NCBI RefSeq assembly: GCF_001194135.2
Contig: NC_068984.1
Coordinates: 38,272,825 to 38,336,824 of the forward strand
Length of the DNA: 64,000 nt
From: Octopus bimaculoides
Lineage: Eukaryota
Reading direction: 5' to 3'
How positions within the stretch are numbered: position 1 is the first letter of the stretch; each line of letters starts with the position of its first letter. A program made the translations under genes and the position numbers. The notes under the pieces were generated by a model. The model made no database searches. It saw nothing but the letters and a program-made list of their open reading frames with translations, and had not been told where the DNA came from. Positions 9,872 through 22,180 of the stretch are shown here, one piece after another.

Positions 9872-11789
9872 CTGTCAAAAGAAATTCATTAAAGCTAAAT
9901 TGTGTTTCTGTGTGCGCATTTTCTGGTGATCTTTACACATATGCTTGTGTATATATATATATTGTATATTTATATGCATGGTAATTAACTCATTCTTTCT
10001 TATGTTTGTGTGTGTGAAAATTCATAAAGTGGATGCTAGATGTCAGTTGTAGATCTAACATGATATTCTGGGTAATTAAATCAATGGTGAGAAGCTAATC
10101 TGACAAAGCCACATCAAGTAGTCTGACAGTTGACATCCTGGCAGTTGGCTAGTTGGTTGTATTAGAAACACTTAATTCAAGTTGAAGAGGGACCCTCACT
10201 TACAAGCTCTGAATTGTGTCACAGTCAGCTTTTGAACTTACAGAAGTCAAGAGCAAAAGAAAAATTATATCTTCATAATCATATACAACAATGCCATGGA
10301 ATAATGATAATTATTACAGCAACTTCTCTTTGAAATGTTAATTGAAAATTAAGGAAAAGGGAATTTGTAGGTTAAAAGCTTAAAGTATACAGAAAGTATG
10401 AGACTACTGCTAACAGGATCAGAATTTTGACCTTTATAGTGACTCAGCTGTACCATAGCTAATGACTGATCCAAATATTAAATGAAAATTAATTTTGCTT
10501 CGTAAACTGGAAAGTAATTGCTTTCTGCTGTGAATTATGCATCACCATGATATTGATTTCTGACATAAGCACAAGGCTTCAAATTTTTTTGGTAAGGTTA
10601 TAATCAATGTTGGTCAACTATAATTAATAGTTTATTTTGCCAATCCTAAATGGATTAGAGTAGGTTTTGAACCCCTGAAAATAAAGAGTTATAACTAAAT
10701 AGTGTTAAACATTTTGTTTGAAAATCTAATAATTCTGTCAGTCTGTGCATTGTCATAATTTTAAGATAACTTCTGCAAATATTGTTTTGAAAATTACATT
10801 CTCCAGACCTTACTCTTTCGTATTATTCAAATAAGCATCAGCAAAATTATCTTAATGGGAAGTAGTTACTTCAAATAGATGATTTTTCAAAAGTGACTTC
10901 ATATGAATCTGTAAATAGAAAACAAAAAATGTATCATGCAGTTTTTGAGTCATTAATAAACTCTCATAAATAGTGAAAATATTTCTAGATTAAGTAATAT
11001 TAGTTTGTTTTTTTTTTTCTGGTTTTTACCATCTTTTAAATCTTGATATGAAAATGACATTCTTTACTTGTTAACCTGGTAATTAGGTCAGTTGTGGTAT
11101 CATATCTATTGAATTTGTATTAATATCTTGTTTCTATTAACTTCATGCCTTGAAAATTGAAGTTCATAGTCAGCCAGTTTGAAACAACTATAGTACTTAC
11201 CACACTGCACCAATTTATATCCTTCAGATGCAAATACAGGTACAATACATTTTCAAAAAAAATATTTGTTGGGAATAAAATATGAATAGGACAGTGTATT
11301 ATCATTGAGCAGAAACATAACTGATGATGCAGTGAGGTCTAATATAATTTCATTATCTAAGTTCTCACTTTCTCTGACAGTTTTCATAAAATTTTATCAT
11401 AAGAAGCACTAATCCATGCAAATATCTAAATGAAGTTTATGGTGATTGGGATAGTATAAAACATTATGGACAATCACTCCGTAAAAAACATAAGGAGGAG
11501 GTATTTCTGGAACACCATTCTCTGATGCCTATATGAAAGAGAAAGAGCTGGAGAATATAATTTTCAAGATAGTTTTGTGAGTAGCCACGTGGCTCCTCTA
11601 TAACAAAAACTTGTTGGTTTACTCACTTCTCTCATACTTCATCTAGCATAAAGTTACTCCTCCCATCTTGGGTTTTGTAGATTTGCAAGCTGCATGCCTT
11701 ATTTGTACCAATGGTATGATAAAAAGCATCCAGTTTGCTCTGTAGAGTGGTTGGCATTAGAAAGGGCATCCAGCTGTAGAAATCATTCC

Positions 11790-12460
11790 AAAGTCAGAGA
11801 AGTGACTGTAGACTGGGAGACAGTGAAGAGCAGCAGAAAGTTGTTAAAAAGAGAAGGATCCAAATTGAAATTAACACCACCAGTGGAGGTGACAAGGAAA
11901 AAGGAAAGAAAGACAGTAATATACGGAACCCTTTCTCTAGTAACCAAAAAAATTGAAATGGTGAAGGAGGAAGAGTTAGAAGAATGCCTAAAAAAGATAA
12001 GTAGTATTATTGAATTCTACTGTAGAGGCAAGAAGTTTGGTACAGTGGAGGTGTGCTTCTCAGCAGTGGAAGAAGCAGCAAGACACTCCACTGTAGCCTT
12101 CAAATTGGAGAAATGTGCACTACTGCCAACTTACCTTGGGAAGCGAGTAGCAAGAGTAAGAATTGGCAGGGTGCCTCCAGAAATCAACGAAATGTGGCTG
12201 CTGGTAGCCATCCTGATGGACATGAAAGAAGTCCCGCAAGTACTACAAGTGAGCTGCACGAAACAGCTAAATTGTTGGGGATATGACCTAGAGGTCATAA
12301 TACAGGCCACCATAAGTGATCTCTAAGACATAACAGAGGGAGTCGAGTTCCCAGAGGATGTGAGGTTGCATGTGGTAGTGGAGGGAAGACCCCCCCCCCA
12401 CATGTTATCACTGCAGGGAGAAGGGTCACATTAAGGCAAACTGCCCCCTTCTCGATAAGC
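11790..12460 (+). mobile_element. L1/Tx1-like LINE ORF1 remnant with CCHC zinc knuckle, no ORF2 visible
   Basis: ORF 11694-12326 (…KKFGTVEVCF…RVARVRIGRVPPEI…) is followed by an in-frame stop, then VVVEGRPPP and, after a +1 shift in a 10-C run, CYHCREKGHIKANC (12403-12444). Confidence 0.75.
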
Positions 12461-12879
12461 AAGCATCGGCAGAGGTGAGACAGAAAGAAAGCAGTAGCAG
12501 CGAGAAGTTGAAGGAAGATACAGAGGAGGTAGGCACAGATGAAGTGCAAACACAAAATAAGAAGAGAAAAGAAATCAAAAACTCCCTGCCCCCTAAGAAC
12601 TCTAAAAAAAGAAAGAAGAAAAGAGAACAGAGTGTGACACACACAAATGCCCACATCGCAACTAACACACATGAATACACCAAACAGTCTAGAATCCCCA
12701 ACCAAACATACACCCACTTGTACATACAGTCCAGTAACCCCAACAACAGAACATGCATAGGCACTCACAGACACGTTACGTGCATGAAAAAATTCCGACA
12801 GTACAGATTCATTAATTGATTACACACAAACAAGCACACAAGAAGACACAGAAGAAACACAAAAGTTAAAAACAGCATA

Positions 12880-14130
12880 TGTAATTTAGCTATTGAAGAG
12901 AAAATAGAGAAGATGAAGACAGTTATTAGAGTCAGAGAGGAAGAAAACATTAAAGTCCCAGGTATGGAATGTATTCTAATTGATACAAAAAATTATAAAA
13001 AAATTAGAAGCTAACTTTGGTGATGAAATAAACCCTTTAGGGATAGAAATAAAATATTATGAACATTTGCCACTGCAATAGTACAGCTTCAAGAGAAGTA
13101 ACAGGAACAACTACAGGAGTTGCAAAAACAAATACAACAATTGAGTTACAGTCGGCGAAGTCTGAAAATCCAGCAAGCTCATTTATGCCAGATGGTGTGG
13201 CTAACACAATTTCTGAATTTATGTGTAATCTGGAGGAGAGTATTATGTTTCCCGTGTATTATAGAAGATATGAGGAAATTTTTAACGAGTGCAAGTCATG
13301 GTTGGAGGAGTAGAAAGAAAGGCTTTTACTTTGCAAGGTAGCTCCTGCCAAACATGAGCATTACTGTAACTTTATTCTGCCCAAAAAGTTGTGTGAGATT
13401 GATTTCCAAGAAACTGGAGAACTACTTTCAAAATTCTTTTGTGATAGAAGTTCATTATCCAACACCAGAATGGAGTGTTGGAACTTAAAAAATGAAGCGG
13501 ATAATTTTTGTCACCTATGCCGGAGTAGTCAACTTTCAACTCCAGGATCTCACTCAGGATATGTTTAAATCACTTATCTTCGTGCAAGGACTTATAGCAC
13601 CTGAAGATAGAGAAATTTGAGCAAGGATTCTCTTGAAAATGGAGCAAGCAAACCAGGATTTATCTCCACAGACCATTGCAGAAGAATGTCAGACTCTGGT
13701 AAATCCTAAACATGATGTGAAAAAAATACAAGATAAAAACTCTGCAAAAATTAAAATGTGTCATCCTGGGAAGCACAATCAGAAAAAAGTGTCCGACCCC
13801 ACTCTGTGTTATGGTTGTGGAGGCCTATGCTACAAAAAGGATTATCCATTTAAAAACAAAAAGTGCTATAGTTGTCAGAAGCTGGGACACAGGAGTTCTC
13901 ATTGTAGAACATTTCCACGAGGCTCAAACACAAAAAATTCTAAGGTTGTTTTCAGAGGAGAGTGATTGTGACAGAAAAACAAGAAAATTTGTGCATATAA
14001 AAATAAATGATGTGAATACCAAATTACAGTTAGACACTGGTAGTGACATCTCGATTATAAATGTGGATACTTGGAAAAAAAATTGGTAAAGTGAGATTAT
14101 GTAAAACAGCGAAAATAGCACAGGCAATCC
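12880..14130 (+). mobile_element. Ty3/Gypsy LTR retrotransposon, 5' part (putative LTR, PBS, gag, zinc knuckle, protease), 3'-truncated
   Basis: gag-like YYRRYEEIF, NFVTYAGVVN and LIFVQGL. Zinc knuckle CYSCQKLGHRSSHC. Protease IKINDVNTKLQLDTGSDISII. Putative LTR begins TGTAAT at 12880, and the PBS-like TGGTGATGAA lies at 13018-13027. Confidence 0.9.
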
Positions 14131-14136
14131 TTTGAG

Positions 14137-14796
14137 ATCTCAGATATTTTTTCTGTATCGCCTTGATTCTTTTAATGTGCTTGTTCCCTGGTATTAAATT
14201 GATATTAATTAATATCCAATTTTTTACCCTATTGTTTTAATTTAATTAACCATAACCAAATTCTCAAAGTTGGTATATTCGATGCGGAAACCTTTTTCGG
14301 CAGAGATATTTCCGGATTTAGCGTGCAAAAACGAAGACTTTTGAATCTTACCATAGGTATAATTGAATCTTACCATAGGTATACACGTGCTCCACTCGTG
14401 GCATACAACTAGTATGCGATTCTGTAAATTGTCTGTATTCAACGGTCTGTACTGATGAGAAACTGATATTTTCGGTAAGAAAATATTAATTTCGAAACTA
14501 GTTTACAGATAATTGTATTTTATTATGTAATTTTCACTTGTTTTGCCCGAATACGTTTTTGTTACATTGCTAAATTTACTTTGAGAACAATTCGGTCTTA
14601 GTAGACACATTACATGTGATCTTCTAGCACATTAACAGTCCACCTAGTGGTCTCCTTTATATATATTTATACATACGTATACAATAATCCTTTTAAATCT
14701 CAGATATTTTTTCTGTATCTCCTTGATTCTTTTAATGTGCTTGTTCCCTGGTATTAAATTGATATTAATTAATATCCAATTTTTTTTACCCTATTG

Positions 14797-14803
<7 letters not shown>
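14137..14803. repeat. ~105-bp direct repeat pair flanking a ~455-bp CpG-retaining segment
   Basis: 14137-14241 and 14697-14803 differ by one substitution and a 2-nt T-run difference. An internal 22-nt tandem duplication lies at 14341-14383. Confidence 0.9.

Positions 14804-14853
<50 letters not shown>
14802..14853. repeat. (TA)n microsatellite
   Basis: Perfect TA run. Confidence 0.95.
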
Positions 14854-14856
<3 letters not shown>

Positions 14857-15776
14857 CAAACTTTTCCACAATCACCTGTACATACATAAACAAACACATA
14901 CAAGCTTCTGATACATTTATGAAAGAAGCCTCCATGTCAATAATAGAGGATTAGCTATTTAAAACAACAAAAAGTTAATTAAATCAAAATTAATAGAACT
15001 AGCGAAGTTCAAATGTATTTTAGCATGAACTATCTATAGTTAAATAGTGGTAACACATTACCCAAATAATACATTCAAAATTTAAAGGAAATTCTTCATT
15101 AAATGTAGCTTTTGAAGAGTTCCTCAATTTGTTTCTTTCATTGTTTTATGTTCGTCTTTCTAATTACAATAGCAACAATAGCAGTGGCCAACATGGTTGT
15201 ATTGATGTCAACAACAAACTTGAGAACAATAATAATTATGACATAGGCAACAAAAATTAATTGACTTTAAATAAAGAAAATTAACCTGTTTTTTTTTATC
15301 AAGAAACATTGTTCTTTTTGTGTGTTAGGATTTCATTTGTTTTTGTTTTTTCTACTAGTAGGTAAAACAAAAACTGTCTAAAATTCATTTCTTACTTAGG
15401 CACAAGACTAATTGTTCAAGGGGGAGGAGAGTAAAGTTAATTACATCAATCTCAGTATTTTAGTAATATTAATTGTAACAACACCAAAGCAATGATAGTT
15501 AAGGTCAGGTCTGGTAGGCTTTTAAATCATTTAGTCTGATGCTCTGCTGTCTCAGTTGTCTAAATTACTCTTAATTATAATATTAAATGTATTGGCTGAT
15601 TGATAGTAACTAATAATTTGACTTGAACAGGAAGTAATTTCTCAAGCAATATGTCCTGTTTGAGATATATTGTTTTGTCCAAGTGTTTCAGTTAGATGTT
15701 GGGTCAATGTATTTTGTTTTAAACATTTATAGAATTTTTTTTTTACATCTATTAGTTACTGGGGCAAGCATTTTAC

Positions 15777-15842
15777 TGTTCATTATTGCCTGAAGAACGT
15801 TTTGTTGGTTTGCTCTTCTGGTCTCAAATCCTCCCTTTGGAC
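15777..15842 (-). CDS. Candidate small exon (xPKGGFETRRANQQNVLQAIMN, or alternative frame VQREDLRPEEQTNKTFF)
   Basis: Strong acceptor gacttctgttggttcctctag. The donor is ambiguous (ACA|gtaaaa, CAG|gcaata or CCA|gtaact). Confidence 0.3.
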
Positions 15843-16039
15843 CTAGAGGAACCAACAGAAGTCACATTTGAATAAGGGACTGTTAGTCAAAAGATTGACA
15901 GTTTGTATCTGTCACTAGTATTACACTATGAATAAATACCATGCAAAACTGCAGTTTATTATTATATATTCCTAGTAATTTTTGGAAAGACATGAACATT
16001 GTCTTATCCTATTTATCAGCCACTTTTTATGGGTTTGAT

Positions 16040-16400
16040 CTGCAGGAAAGTGTTGTGTTTATGGCCTCAACAGGCTTTTTGAAACTGGTGAGATTGGTGT
16101 GACTGCTGACAAAATATCAGCTGAAAGAGAATTCCAATGGTTGATATTTCTGAGAAAGAAGGACTTGGCTAAGTGGTTAGTGAAGGGTCTGAGGGATATA
16201 CATAATATGGAGCTTGAGAAGAGGAAAAAAGAATGAGCTGAGTCAATCTAGGTGAAAGTAGAATGAGACCAGCCAGCTCCAAACAGCAAAGGCTGTTGTA
16301 GTAGCTGTAGAAGAGGCAGAATGGGGATACAGCTCATTTGAGGCGTTTAATAATAGACCGTCGTAAGTGCCACAACTTAAAAACCGAGAAAAATGCAGTC
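16040..16400 (-). mobile_element. CR1/L2/Jockey-group LINE, C-terminal remnant
   Basis: Minus strand LFYSYYNSLCCLELAGL and KSFFLRNINHWNSLSADI resemble the LFYRYY..C..EL and SFF.RT...WNSLP motifs of this group. Confidence 0.65.
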
Positions 16401-16939
16401 AAAGTCTCGCGACTTTCAGACTTTTCCTCTCAGCAAGGAATGAAGTTAGGAAGCTGATTTTGGTCCTAAAATGACCATGAAGACCTCCTCTAATCATTCC
16501 ACCTATGTAAAATTATTTATCTATGTATGCATTTGAAAGATGAAACAATGACTGCATCTTTCTCATTTTGTAGAATATACCGGTACTATGAAATGGTGTA
16601 TTGCATTGCATATTTTAACCATAATACTTAGAAAAAACATACAGAGACCCCCCCCCCCACAAAGGTATAGTTTGTGTTTTAATATACCAAGGTAAGTATC
16701 TTTAAGAAGTCAGTAAGACAAGATAGTAAGCTAATAGCCCATTACTGTTACAATGGTAACATCGAATATTAGAAAAGGAACCATAACGTCTTGAAAAATG
16801 ATACAGGGACCACATCAAAGTTATTGAGCATGTGTGCTTATGATGGTGTGTTACTAAACTCTCTGGTCTGAGTTTGGGTGAGTGAGTGCTGTGTCACTAG
16901 TATCGAGGTACAGATTTTTGACCTTATTGCAAGCCTCAC

Positions 16940-16974
16940 CAGTTCTTCCTCCCAACTTTTTCGGATTCTAGACA
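16940..16974 (-). CDS. Candidate 35-nt exon (xSRIRKSWEEEL)
   Basis: Acceptor atcattttctttgtctcag, donor CTG|gtgagg. Confidence 0.3.
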
Positions 16975-17239
16975 CTGAGACAAAGAAAATGATACACAAA
17001 CCTCGAAAATGGCCAGGGTGGTGCTTACAACACTCTGTTACTAAATGCCTCATTTGTGGGCTTGAAGTTACAGAATTTGACTTGTGCTGCTGAATTGAGT
17101 GGTCTTTTTGCATGTGATCAAAGATGTCTGTAGATGTAGTTGTAGTATTGTCCTAAGTTTGGGAGTAGTATTTTGTCGTGGATCTCATTCCAGCTTTGTA
17201 TAAGGTTGGAAGCTAAAAAGAAGGCCAGTCTTAGTGATA

Positions 17240-18130
17240 TGGCCTTTGCAGTGTTGAACATTTATGAGAATTAGGAATTTTTGTTATGCATTCAATAAGG
17301 TTGGGCTGTTTCTTTATTATTGCAGTTTTGCTTTGGAATACAGGTGCTTCCTTCAGATCATCTGCATCTTCCAGTCATTAGAACTATTTAGAAGTCTGGG
17401 TTTGGGTTTACTCTTGCCTATACTCACATATTGCTTGTTCTCACTTTCCCTATGGAAAACAGCTTTATGCAGTTTGGTTTTGATTCTCATTGCATTAATG
17501 CTGCTGCATTGCTAGGAATGGAGTCACCTTTGTACACTGAACTTAAGAGGAAGTATAGCTTGACTGGCTTCATTCTCCACAACATACTCCGATAACTTTC
17601 TTTGTTATTTTTCATTCGGACTATGTTTATTTGTTTTCTAATCCTACTGTTTTTTACTTTTATTCTTCATCTTCAATCTGATGAATTTCTGTGATCATGA
17701 TCTCTTACCCTGTTATTCTAGTGAGATTTCCAATCCAAGTCCAGCTTGTGTTATTTGAAGCTCTTGTCACTATTTTCATTTTGAGCTCTTCCACCTTTCC
17801 CTCAGTGTGCTTCCTTTTAGCATGTTAGTGTGGGTTATCCAACAGTTGGGTCTACAGGATCTTGCAACATTCTTTAATGGTGAACTTTTACTATTCGAAA
17901 TTAATTCTGCCACTGAAGCTTTGCAGTAACACTATATGTGAAACATGGCAAGTGACCAAGCCAATTTCTTTGAAATTGTCTGACAGACTTTTCTCTCAAC
18001 TGTTGTCAGTAGTATCTCATTCATTTGGTGTGGTTATAAGAATTTTGGCAAAAGGCCATGTTCATAATAGCATACCCTAAACTTCCATGCCAAACTACAG
18101 TTATCATGGTCAGCCCCTGTCTTCTAACCT
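17240..18130 (-). mobile_element. Decayed Hero-like (R2 group, REL endonuclease) non-LTR retrotransposon
   Basis: Collinear motifs: MLQDPVDPTV, TQAGLGL, ITEIHQIEDEE, MLWRMKPVKLYFLLSSVYKGDSIPSN, RLLNSSNDWKMQM…KKQPNLI. These parallel the post-RT and REL region of Hero elements as I recall them. Many stops and frameshifts. Confidence 0.65.
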
Positions 18131-18343
18131 GACCATCATTTCAACACTTATCTTGGCATCATTTAAGGGGACTGCATAGAGACAATCAAGACTCCTATAT
18201 ACATGCACATATGTGTGTGCATGTAATATGTTTAAAAGCAGTTTACATTGGATGTGAGAGATTTTTCATTTTTATTTATATTTTCTTCATCATAATCCTC
18301 TAACAACCAAACTTGATAAAATTTTTATGTTAAAGCCTTGCTA

Positions 18344-18570
18344 TTAACCCTTTTGATACCAATCCACCTGTAACTGCCTCTAGCTCTGTAGTACAAATGT
18401 CTTGTTTTCAAAAGTGCTGAATTAAAATCTTCCACCAAACCTTAGTCCATATTATGTTGCTAACCCTAGCTTAATGATAACTAAGTTATTTATTAAATTG
18501 TTTATATTTAAAATTAATTGAAAAAAAAACACAGAGCATCTCAACTGAAATATGTTAACAAAAGGGTTAA
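18344..18570. mobile_element. piggyBac-like MITE family 2
   Basis: Perfect termini TTAAcccttttg ... caaaagggTTAA. A second copy lies at 60681-60908. Confidence 0.8.
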
Positions 18571-19639
18571 ATATAACTGGATTCAACTCCACCACTGTGA
18601 GACAGAGAGAGAAGGTGGAAGGAGGGTAGGTGAGAGATAATGATTGTCAACCTGAAAATCACATTTTCAAATCTTTTGTCTTCATTTTCATCATCCTTGA
18701 TGAAACCAAGGTCATATATCCTTCCATACAGCTAGAAATTTATTCTTTACAACGAGGCTAAATACTTTTTTGTCTACTAAATTCATTGTAAAAATGTGTT
18801 TCTTCATTTCCACCCCTTCTCGTTCCTACATTTCAGTTCTGCTACTAAGCTTTGCTTTCAGTTTGCTTCAATTTTTAGAACAGTGCTTTCCATTCATTTG
18901 CCACCAACTTTTGTTCGCCCAGATCCTTCCTATTCATTCACTCTTCATTCATTGATTTTTCATCTATTGTCTATACGATTTCATCTTGTTTGTCTTGCTC
19001 TCATATTTATTGTCCTTTTCTTATCTTATTTTCCTTGGTTTACCCTGGTACCTCCCTCACATACACGTTATTCTATTTCATGTTTGCACACCTATCCTAT
19101 TTTTTCCTATACAATAATTGCTTTGTTCAGTTTAACTATTAAAGTCATATAATTTAGTGTATAACATTATACAAACCTATCCACCATAACTTAATAGTAT
19201 TTTTTTACTTTGTGACACAAACATTTTCTTGTTGTAATTGATTCTACCATGCACCCATCTATACTGGGTCAGACAGACGCATGTTTTGTAATTGTCCAAA
19301 TAGCCTATTTTCTACTTGTTACCTAAATTTTCATCATTTAGAACTTTGAGTCTCTTAGTATAAGAGTATTTTCTACTTAAAACATTAGATTTAACAAGAA
19401 CAGATTAAACTAGTAATTAGCTTTCTGTTCAATACAACTTAGAACAGTTTTTAGTGATTTTTCTGGTGCAGCTCTCCAGTTTACCAATTCCAGTCAAACT
19501 GTCTTACCCATACCAGCATGGAAAATAGATGCTAAATAATGATGGTGATCACACACGTGTTTGTGTATATTATGTATATATTTATACAGGTGTGTGTGCA
19601 TGTTTGGGAAACACCCAATGGAAATACAGTGTTTTTTTT

Positions 19640-19908
19640 TGTGTCTGGATGCAGGTGGCACGTAAAACACACCATTTCGAGCGTGTCCATTGCCAGTTCC
19701 GCCTGACTGGCCCTCGTGCCGGTGGCATGTAAAACACCCACTACACTCTCGGAGTGGTTGGCGTTAGGAAAGGCATCCAGCTGTAGAAACTCTGCCCAAT
19801 CAGATTGGAGCCTGGTGTCGCCTCCTGGTCCACCAGTCCTCAGTCAAATCGTCCAACCCATGCTAGCATGGAAAGCGGACGTTAAACGATGATGATGATG
19901 TTGATGAT
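19640..19908 (+). mobile_element. Young RTE LINE 3' UTR, 5'-truncated, (GAT)n tail
   Basis: gagtggttggcgttaggaaaggcatccagctgtagaaac ... gcatggaaagcggacgttaaacgatgatgatgatg. Closely similar to the reverse complement of 8294-8470. Confidence 0.9.
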
Positions 19909-20545
19909 ATATATATATATATGTCTGTGTGTGTGTGGTTAGAAAATGCGCCACAACAAATTCTGTCCAAGCCATTAAGGTATGGGAGAGTGAATGTTAA
20001 AATGATGATGATGATTCTCCTGTCTTTTTTTTTTCTTTTCATAAAAGATTATTTTCTTTTTAACTTTTTCTTCTATTTAAAAAGTTGTGTGCTTTGTTTT
20101 TCAACTGTCACAAGTATTTACATATTTCACTGAACCATTTTTGTTTTTTTTTTATAATTTCCTTATATAACAATTCAATGTATTCTGTTAAACTCTGACA
20201 TTTCACTGATACTGTTTTTTGTTAATCTCTTTCTTTTTCTCCTTCCCATATTTCTCCTCCACCTTAAACATATTCAAATTTTAAAGATACTATTTTGTTT
20301 CAATGTCAAGTTGTTAGTGTCATATGGAATGCCTTGAAGTAGTCATTCCAGCCTTCTGAATACTAATTCTGCTGAAATGAAATTTGCCTTTCATTCTTTG
20401 GGAGTTGATGAATAAATTATCAGTCTGATAATGGGGCACATTCTTCTCTCTCTCTCTCTGTATATATGTGTGTGTGTGTATGTATGTATGTATGTATGTA
20501 TGTATATGTATGGGTGTGTATGTACGTATATGTGTATATATATAT

Positions 20546-20691
20546 NNNNNNNNNNNNNNNNNNNNNNNNNNNNNNNNNNNNNNNNNNNNNNNNNNNNNNN
20601 NNNNNNNNNNNNNNNNNNNNNNNNNNNNNNNNNNNNNNNNNNNNNNNNNNNNNNNNNNNNNNNNNNNNNNNNNNNNNNNNNNNNNNNNNNN
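20546..20691. other. Assembly gap flanked by TG/TA/TATG microsatellites
   Basis: N-run. Confidence 1.
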
Positions 20692-21481
20692 ATATATATG
20701 CATATAAAAATGTAGAAGACATTGACATGAAGCTACAACACTTTATGGCAATCATGCATGACATCTGCAGTAAGTTTGCTCCAGAGAGAATGCCAAGACA
20801 GCAGAAAAATATAATACCCAGGGATAGGCGGATTCTAATGAGATGAACTAGAATCTCAAATCGTATAAAAGATAACAAACAATCCTACCTCAAACGAACA
20901 GTGCGCCAGATCAAAAATGAACACCAATGCTCCCCAAAAAAGGAGAGGGCAGAAATGGAGGCCAGGGCTGTCAACAATATTGAGATAAACCTTAAAGCCT
21001 TCTATAGATATGCAAAAGAAACTGCTTCAGTACCATACAAAATAGAGCCACTACTTGAAGAAAATGGCTCACCGATTGCAGACCCCCAGAGGATCAGTGA
21101 AATACTGAATGTGCAATACAAGAGTGCTTTCACAACTCCACTGGTACACTTGCAAGTATCTATGCCTGATGAGTTCCTTGGCTCCACAGATCTACACAAC
21201 AAAATGGCAATTATTGACAGCATCAGCATAGAGGAAACTGATGTGATATCAGTCATTGATGAGATGAGCTCAAACTCAGCAACAGACCCTGATGGATTCC
21301 TAGCAATCCTCTTAAAGAAATGTAAAGGGGCTCTAGCTAGGCCACTTCAGATTCTCTTTCAGAGCTTCTTCACAACAGGGAGATTTCCCAAAAAGCTAAA
21401 GAAGGCATATAATGCTTTATCCATAAGGGAGGTAGCAGAGCAGATGCTAAGAATTATAGACCTGTCCCTCTAACTTCTCAA
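20692..21481 (+). mobile_element. CR1/Jockey-group LINE ORF2 fragment (linker and start of RT)
   Basis: NLKAFYRYAK…SATDPDGFLAILLKKCKGALARPLQILFQSF…, then in a shifted frame IHKGGSRADAKNYRPVPLTSQ. Ends abruptly after the NYRP motif. Confidence 0.9.
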
Positions 21482-21489
21482 TGATTTAT

Positions 21490-22180
21490 GGGTGCTTTTA
21501 ACAGGCCAGTTAAATGACACTGGCATCAGCCACGACTATGATCTCACTTGGCTTGATGGGCCTTCTCAAGCACGGCATATCTCTGTGAGGCCCAACATTC
21601 AAAGATTGTGCTTTACCACCTCATCTCATGTCTTTTTGCGTCTACCTCTTCCACAGGTTCCCTCCACTGTTAGAGTGCAACACTTCTTCACACAGCTGCC
21701 CTCATCCATACCTATCAAATGAGCATACCAACGCAGTCGTCTCTCTTACACACTGACATTACACATGCAGCGTAGCATACTAGCTTCATTTCTTACAAGC
21801 CCACACGTCTTCAGCAGTCATAGCCTGTGTTTCACTACCGTGTAGCATGGCTGTTCGCACACATGCATCATACAGTCTGTGTTTCACTCTGAGTGAGAGG
21901 ACCTTTGTTATCAACTGAGTTAGGAGCTCTTTGAACTTTGCCCAGCTTATTTTTATTCTAGCAGCTATGCTCTCAGAGCATCCACCCCTGGTACTTACTT
22001 AGTCACCTAGGTAATGGAAGCTATCTACTTCTAGTTTTCCCCACTGGCATGTGATGGAATATAATTTCTGTAGGTTTTTAGTGTTTATTGTACCTGTGCA
22101 CACGCAAAAACCATCTTCCCTGTTAACTTTCCGCTGATATTGCTGCACCTCTTATATGTCCATCTCTTATATGGCCATCT
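21490..22180 (-). mobile_element. RTE LINE 3' ORF fragment
   Basis: Minus strand ARIKISWAKFKELLTQL, LYDACVRTAMLHGSET and a GRxRKT region, plus HKRCSNI of the PHD insert. Confidence 0.85.

Noticed and set aside
10203-10235. 33-nt minus-strand exon candidate with gtaagt donor
   Set aside because: Every phase gives a stop, either internally or when joined to 9773-9871.
10819-10910. Strong minus-strand acceptor/donor pair
   Set aside because: All three frames contain stops over the full length.
16838-17113. 91-aa ORF as an RT fragment
   Set aside because: No convincing RT motif. Only the internal 35-nt exon candidate is retained.
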